Assembly (NCBI GenBank): GCA_963734095.1
Contig: CAVTGK010000010.1
Location: forward strand, 12,656 to 76,655
Direction: 5' to 3'
Length of the DNA: 64,000 nt
From: an uncultured Acidobacteriota bacterium
Lineage (GTDB): Bacteria > Acidobacteriota > Vicinamibacteria > Vicinamibacterales > UBA2999
Numbering within the stretch: position 1 is the first letter of the stretch; each line of letters opens with the position of its first letter. This document shows positions 59,018 through 64,000 of this stretch, one piece after another. The notes below the pieces were generated by a model, which was given only the letters and a program-made list of their open reading frames with translations, searched no databases and was not told where the DNA came from. Position numbers and translations under genes: made by a program.

Positions 59018-60415
59018 ATGTTGACCGAGGCACCACAGACCAGACAGGGATCGTCGCGAGCCGAGCCCGCGCCGCGAATACTCATCGGCGACGACCAGCC
59101 CGATGTCCTCGAGGCGCTGCGACTGCTCCTCAAACCCGAAGGCTATCTCATCGACACGGCTTCGTCTCCCCAACAAATGCTGCGGACGATGGAGCTCAAG
59201 GACTACGACGTCGTCCTGATGGATCTCAACTACACCCGGGACACGACGTCGGGCGATGAGGGGCTCGACCTGCTCCATCGAATTCATACCGCGGACGAGT
59301 CGCTTCCAATCGTGGTGATGACCGCATGGGGCACGGTGAACGTCGCGGTGGAAGCCATGCGCCGCGGCGCACGCGACTTCATCCAGAAGCCATGGGACAA
59401 CGAGCGCCTCCTGTCGATTGTCCGCACGCAGACGGAGCTGGGCCGGGCGATTCGACGTGGACGACAGCTGGAGGCCGCCAACCAGGCCTTGATGGCCGAC
59501 GGTCACTCGCCGCTGCTCGCCGAATCGGCCGCGATGCGGCCGGTGCTCGACATCATCGCGCGCGTCGGGCCGTCGGACGCCAACGTCCTGATCACGGGTG
59601 AAAACGGCACCGGGAAGAGTCTCGTGGCGCAAGCGCTGCACGCGGTGTCGCCGCGTGCGAATCGGGCCATGGTCACCGTCAACGCCGGCGGCATGGCGGA
59701 GGGCGTCTTCGAGTCCGAGTTGTTCGGCCACATGAAAGGGGCGTTCACGGACGCCAAGGTGGACCGGGTAGGTCGTTTCGAGTTGGCGGACGGCAGCACG
59801 CTTTTTCTCGATGAGATTGCCAACGTTCCCATGAGTCAGCAGGCAAAGCTGCTGCGCGTCATTGAAACCGGCGAGTTCGAGCGCCTGGGCTCGTCGAAGA
59901 CGCGCAAAGTCAACGTCCGCCTGGTCTCGGCCACCAACGCGGACGTCAATGCCCAGGTCGCCGCCGGCGCGTTTCGACAAGATCTTCTGTTCCGGTTGAA
60001 TACGATCGAGGTCAATCTTCCCCCGCTGCGCGATCGACGCGAAGACATCCCGTTGCTCGCCAGGCACTTCCTGCGGCTTCACGCGCAGCGCTACCGCAAG
60101 AACGTGTCGGGCTTTGATCCCGCGGCGATGCAAATCCTGCTCGATCATCGCTGGCCGGGGAACGTGCGAGAGATCGATCACGCGGTCGAGCGGGCCGTGT
60201 TGATGTCTCAAGCCAATGTCATCCGAGCCAGCGACCTTGGCCTGCGCAGCGAAGGCACGAGCACGGCGCGCCTCGAGGACATGAGCCTGGAGGACGTCGA
60301 GGCGTTTCTGATCAAGAAGGCGATGGCGCGTTACGGGAACGTGAGTCAGGCCGCGCGGGCGCTGGGCCTGAGCCGGAGCGCCCTGTATCGTCGACTCGAG
60401 CGCTACAAACTGTAA
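59018..60415 (+). CDS. sigma-54-dependent response regulator (NtrC family)
   Basis: Intact 465 aa. Receiver (DVVLMDLNY), AAA+ with [21 protein letters not shown] and the RNAP-sigma54 contact region. C-terminal HTH ([19 protein letters not shown]). Confidence 0.9.
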   Translation: MLTEAPQTRQGSSRAEPAPRILIGDDQPDVLEALRLLLKPEGYLIDTASSPQQMLRTMELKDYDVVLMDLNYTRDTTSGDEGLDLLHRIHTADESLPIVVMTAWGTVNVAVEAMRRGARDFIQKPWDNERLLSIVRTQTELGRAIRRGRQLEAANQALMADGHSPLLAESAAMRPVLDIIARVGPSDANVLITGENGTGKSLVAQALHAVSPRANRAMVTVNAGGMAEGVFESELFGHMKGAFTDAKVDRVGRFELADGSTLFLDEIANVPMSQQAKLLRVIETGEFERLGSSKTRKVNVRLVSATNADVNAQVAAGAFRQDLLFRLNTIEVNLPPLRDRREDIPLLARHFLRLHAQRYRKNVSGFDPAAMQILLDHRWPGNVREIDHAVERAVLMSQANVIRASDLGLRSEGTSTARLEDMSLEDVEAFLIKKAMARYGNVSQAARALGLSRSALYRRLERYKL

Positions 60416-60429
60416 GCGCTCCCCAACGT

Positions 60430-61746
60430 ATGCGCCGGCTGACTCACGACCAGCAGGTCCTGCTGCTCACATTGGCCGCGGCCCTGCCCGCCGTGTTGAC
60501 CTCCCTCATCATCCTGTGGACCGGCGGCTACACCCCCAAGGTCCAGTGGACGTTGACGGTCGTGATCCTTGGTGTGCTGCTGGGCGTTTCGCTGTCCGTC
60601 CGCCAGCGCGTCGTTCAGCCCCTTCAGACGGTGGCCAACCTTCTGGCGGCCATGCGCGAGGACGACTTTTCGATTCGAGGTCGCACGCCCGACCCCGAAG
60701 ATCCGCTGGGCGCGGTGCTCGTCGAGATCAACGAGCTCGCCGAAACGCTGCACGAGCAACGCCTTGGTGCGGTTGAAGCCACGGCACTCCTGCGCACGGT
60801 CATGGAGCAGGTCGATGTCGCGGTCTTCGCCTTTGACCCCGCCGAACGGCTGCGAATCGTCAATCGCACGGGCGAGCGGCTGATGGGTCGCAACATGGAG
60901 CAGATGCTCGGTCGCACCGCCGAGGAGCTGAGTGTCACCGCGTGGTTTGGCGACGCGCCTCGCGTGGTCGATCTCTCGCTGCCGGGCGGAAGTGTTGGAC
61001 GCTGGGAGGTCCGACGCACGACGTTTCGGCTCGGGGGTCTGCCGCATGACCTTCTGGTGCTGTCGGACGTCAGCCGCCCGCTCCGTGAACAGGAGCGCCA
61101 CGCGTGGCAGCGGCTGATTCGCGTCATCGGCCACGAGCTTGGCAATTCGCTGGGCCCGATCAAGTCGATCGCGGGCAGCCTCGAAACCCTGCTGCAGCGG
61201 AATCCGCCACCTGAAGACTGGCGCGATGACATGACGCGCGGCCTGCAGGTCATCGCCTCGAGAACCGATTCGCTCAGCCGTTTTACCGCAGCCTATTCGC
61301 GGCTGGCGCGCCTGCCCTTGCCCAGACTGGCACCAGTGGTGCTCAAGCCGCTGCTGGTCAAGATTGCGGGCCTCGAAACCCGCGTCACCGTACACGTCAA
61401 GCCTGGTCCCGATGCGACGATCGTGGTTGACGGCGATCAGATCGAACAGTTGTTCATCAATCTCATTCGCAACGCCGCCGACGCGTGCCTGGAAGTTGGG
61501 ACCGGCAGCGTGACCGTGGGCTGGCGTCGCACCCGACAGCGTATCGACATCTGGGTCGAAGACGAAGGTCCTGGTCTTTCAAACACGTCCAACCTGTTCG
61601 TTCCATTTTTCACGACCAAGCCCGGCGGCTCTGGCATCGGCCTGGTGCTCTGCCGCCAGATTGCTGAAGCCCACGACGGCTCGCTGAAGCTGGAAAACAA
61701 GGCCGAAGGCAACGGCGCTCGTGCAACACTAACGCTGCCGACATGA
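60430..61746 (+). CDS. sensor histidine kinase (2 TM, HAMP, PAS-like, HisKA, HATPase_c)
   Basis: Intact 438 aa. H-box IGHELGNSLGPI, N-box LIRNAADA, G-boxes EDEGPGL and GGSGIGL. Confidence 0.85.
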   Translation: MRRLTHDQQVLLLTLAAALPAVLTSLIILWTGGYTPKVQWTLTVVILGVLLGVSLSVRQRVVQPLQTVANLLAAMREDDFSIRGRTPDPEDPLGAVLVEINELAETLHEQRLGAVEATALLRTVMEQVDVAVFAFDPAERLRIVNRTGERLMGRNMEQMLGRTAEELSVTAWFGDAPRVVDLSLPGGSVGRWEVRRTTFRLGGLPHDLLVLSDVSRPLREQERHAWQRLIRVIGHELGNSLGPIKSIAGSLETLLQRNPPPEDWRDDMTRGLQVIASRTDSLSRFTAAYSRLARLPLPRLAPVVLKPLLVKIAGLETRVTVHVKPGPDATIVVDGDQIEQLFINLIRNAADACLEVGTGSVTVGWRRTRQRIDIWVEDEGPGLSNTSNLFVPFFTTKPGGSGIGLVLCRQIAEAHDGSLKLENKAEGNGARATLTLPT

Positions 61747-62603
61747 CCCAAGTAGATTCCTTCGATGGATCGGTTCCCAACTTTTACGACCAGGGGCTGG
61801 GCCCGATGTTCTTCGAACCTTACGCACGAAATCTGGTCGGCCGTGCGCGGATGGGGAGGGGCGCCTCGGTGCTCGAGGTGTCAGCGGGTACGGGCATCGC
61901 GACGCGCGAGCTGCTGCGAGCGTTGCCGTCGGATGCGCGACTGACCGTCACCGACCTCAACGAGGCGATGCTGGCGGTTGCAAAGCCCCGGCTGGCTGAC
62001 GACTCCAGGGTCGACTGCCGACCGGCGGACGCCACCGCCCTGCCGTTCGGAGAGGCTGAATTCGATCTCGTGCTCAACCAGTTTGGCCTGATGTTCCCTG
62101 CCGACAAGGTCGCCGTCCTGCGCGAGGCGCGCCGGGTACTGAAGCCTGCGGGCACTTTCCTCTTCAACGTGTGGGGATCGCTTGCGGACAACCCGATTGG
62201 CAGGCTTGCCAACGAGGTCATCGACAGCTTCTTCCCTCAGGATCCGCCGCGCTTCTACGAGACACCTTTCGGGTTGCACGACCGTGGCCTCGTTGAACGC
62301 ATGGCTCGACAGGCCGGCTTCGAGAACGTCACGTGCGACGTCGTTGACCTGGTCGGCGAGAGCGAGTCGGCCGAATCGGCAGCCCGCGGGCTTGTATTCG
62401 GGACTCCCGTCTTCAACCAGATCCAGGAACGCCACGGTGACCCAGATGCGATCATGCGGGCCTTGACGGAGCGATTAGCGCAGGAGGGCGGTGCCCGTCC
62501 GATGCGGCTGCCGATGCGCGCGCTGGTCTTCGAAGCGACGCGGCTAGCGGTCCATCGACTCACTCGACGGCCCCTCGTTCGCGCAAGAACGCCACGGTTC
62601 TGA
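61743..62603 (+). CDS. class I SAM-dependent methyltransferase
   Basis: Intact. ATGA overlap with the kinase stop. VLEVSAGTGIAT motif I, FDLVLNQFGLMF, LKPAGTFLFNVW. Confidence 0.85.
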   Translation: MTQVDSFDGSVPNFYDQGLGPMFFEPYARNLVGRARMGRGASVLEVSAGTGIATRELLRALPSDARLTVTDLNEAMLAVAKPRLADDSRVDCRPADATALPFGEAEFDLVLNQFGLMFPADKVAVLREARRVLKPAGTFLFNVWGSLADNPIGRLANEVIDSFFPQDPPRFYETPFGLHDRGLVERMARQAGFENVTCDVVDLVGESESAESAARGLVFGTPVFNQIQERHGDPDAIMRALTERLAQEGGARPMRLPMRALVFEATRLAVHRLTRRPLVRARTPRF

Positions 62604-63786
62604 CCCTTCCAGAACGAAACGGTTCATCTCGAATCCGTAATGCATACCCCAACGGTGTACACTCAACGACTTCATCGAGCTGGTCATAGTGCCCAGGGAG
62701 CGTCACACGAACGGAGAGGTCGGCGCCGTGCTCAACCAACAACTGCACCATGGGTAACCCGTCATCACCGAACTGTGTCACCGCATGGAAAATGGCCGTT
62801 TGCCCGCCGACCCCCGCATCGTTCACTGTCGCGCGCGCATTGACGCCTGCCCCGCGATCGAGCAGCAGCCTTGCTGCTTCAAGACTGCCGAACTCTGCGG
62901 CCACGTGCAGCAAGGTTGCTCCTTCAAGCAGAAGGCGCCGGCCGCCCGTGCTGCCGCAGTCCAATTCAGGAAATCGCCGGTGCGCCAGCTCTGGATCTGC
63001 CTCGAGTTGATCAGCCAAGCGATGGAACTGTCCACGAAGCACTTCCAATACACCTGGGACGCCGAACTTCGTCGTGCCCCCGGCATCGAGCAGGATCTCG
63101 ATGCAGGCGCTCAATCGCTCTGGTGAACGCGCGTAGGTTCCGATCAGGTAATCGAGCGCCGTGTGTCGCCCGTAGGCGTTGCCGCAGTTCGGGTTCGCTC
63201 CGTGATCCAAAAGCCATTTCAGCGCCTTCGGATGCATGCCCTCGCACGGCGAAAAAATGATCGGGACATCTCCATTCCACTGGGCATTCACATCCGCGCC
63301 GTAGGACACGAGAAGCTCCATCATCGCGATGCGGCTGTCGTTGAGTGCCGCTCTCCCGAGCGGCCCATCCCCGCCCTGGTGAACGTCCGAGCCGTTTTCG
63401 ATCATCCACTTCGCGATCGCCAATCTCGTTGCACTGGGCGGCTCCCACGGGACCCGGCATTCGGCGACCCACGTCAGCGGTCCAGCCTTGGCATAGCCAA
63501 GCGGGGCGCGGTGCAGCTCGGGGTTTCGGCTCATCAGGGTCTTGACGCGCTCGAGATCGTTCGTGTCGATGGCCTGCTTGAGCTGCCCGATCTCCTCGAG
63601 TGAGTCGACATGGGCCTTGAGTTTCGGCCAACTCGGGAACCCATACAGACGGGCGATCTGGAACTGGGCTTGCGTGATTGAATTCGCGTCGCCGGCCTTC
63701 AGAAGATCCTTGGCCTGGTCCTTGAGATGCCGGAGATTCGGACGGTCAGGAAGGGGGCGTGGCGTCCCGTTGGGATCAGTCGACAT
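62560..63786 (-). CDS. ankyrin-repeat protein (cytoplasmic type)
   Basis: Intact 408 aa. N-terminal LRHLKDQAKDLLKAGD...IARLYGFPSWPKLKAHV module, then ANK repeats (TLLHVAAEFG, TAIFHAV...). Confidence 0.8.
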   Translation of the reverse strand: MSTDPNGTPRPLPDRPNLRHLKDQAKDLLKAGDANSITQAQFQIARLYGFPSWPKLKAHVDSLEEIGQLKQAIDTNDLERVKTLMSRNPELHRAPLGYAKAGPLTWVAECRVPWEPPSATRLAIAKWMIENGSDVHQGGDGPLGRAALNDSRIAMMELLVSYGADVNAQWNGDVPIIFSPCEGMHPKALKWLLDHGANPNCGNAYGRHTALDYLIGTYARSPERLSACIEILLDAGGTTKFGVPGVLEVLRGQFHRLADQLEADPELAHRRFPELDCGSTGGRRLLLEGATLLHVAAEFGSLEAARLLLDRGAGVNARATVNDAGVGGQTAIFHAVTQFGDDGLPMVQLLVEHGADLSVRVTLPGHYDQLDEVVECTPLGYALRIRDEPFRSGRVRTVAFLRERGAVE

Positions 63787-63957
63787 GGCGACCTCCTTTC
63801 ATCGAAGCGCCCGCTGTCCGCACATCGGGCTGAAAGAAGGTTCGCAAGACTTGGTTGCAGACAGGTGGGCTTCTACCCTTTCCGCGGACCGGATGCGTCC
63901 TTGTACGCGACGCCAGCGTAGTCGGATCTGTCCGGCAAGTCAAAGCACGAAGGCCAG

Positions 63958-63988
63958 CCCAACGCCCTGTGCCCTGTGCCCTGCGCCC
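63958..63988. repeat. CCCTGTGCC heptamer/octamer array (same unit as 44603-44689), truncated by the window end
   Basis: CCCAACGCCCTGTGCCCTGTGCCCTGCGCCC. No complementary arm lies upstream, so the partner is presumably beyond 64000. Confidence 0.7.
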
Positions 63989-64000
63989 TAGAGATAAACC

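Noticed and set aside
62560-62603. 44-bp convergent overlap between the methyltransferase and the ankyrin gene.
   Set aside because: Probably just a late stop for the methyltransferase (its conserved part ends earlier). There is no evidence for functional antisense overlap.

Overview
High-GC bacterial chromosomal window. Gene content points to Acidobacteriota: an ADOP duplicated permease, a TIGR03436-type VWFA protein, CarboxypepD_reg/TonB-dependent receptors, a DUF1592/DUF1552 pair and a Ser/Thr-kinase-PD40 fusion. I resolve about 45 protein-coding loci. They include housekeeping genes (argG, ilvD, moaA, UPF0182) and a Tat-exported PaoABC-like molybdenum hydroxylase coupled to a b-type cytochrome. 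There is also a MacA/ABC/ADOP efflux cluster followed by a sigma-54 two-component system, two secreted or ankyrin-repeat proteins, an ATP-grasp plus HExxH-peptidase pair, and one IS5-family element. I saw no rRNA, tRNA or CRISPR array. Two window-wide properties dominate. (1) Roughly two thirds of the genes can only be read through by changing frame one to more than ten times, while several multi-kb blocks are perfectly intact. This is most likely indel error in the assembly, so gene ends are approximate and pipelines would fragment these genes or call them pseudogenes. (2) Almost every intergenic spacer longer than about 80 bp is occupied by a long foldback palindrome whose arms are tandem arrays of a 7-17 nt unit. 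The unit sequence differs between loci but the architecture is conserved. In three cases the loop contains cargo: a cupin gene, a four-helix-bundle (23S-IVS/Avd family) gene, and a 3.8-kb IS-bounded unit carrying the kinase gene. I do not recognise this as a described prokaryotic repeat family and consider it the most interesting signal here. All family assignments come from motif recognition by eye, with no searches run.
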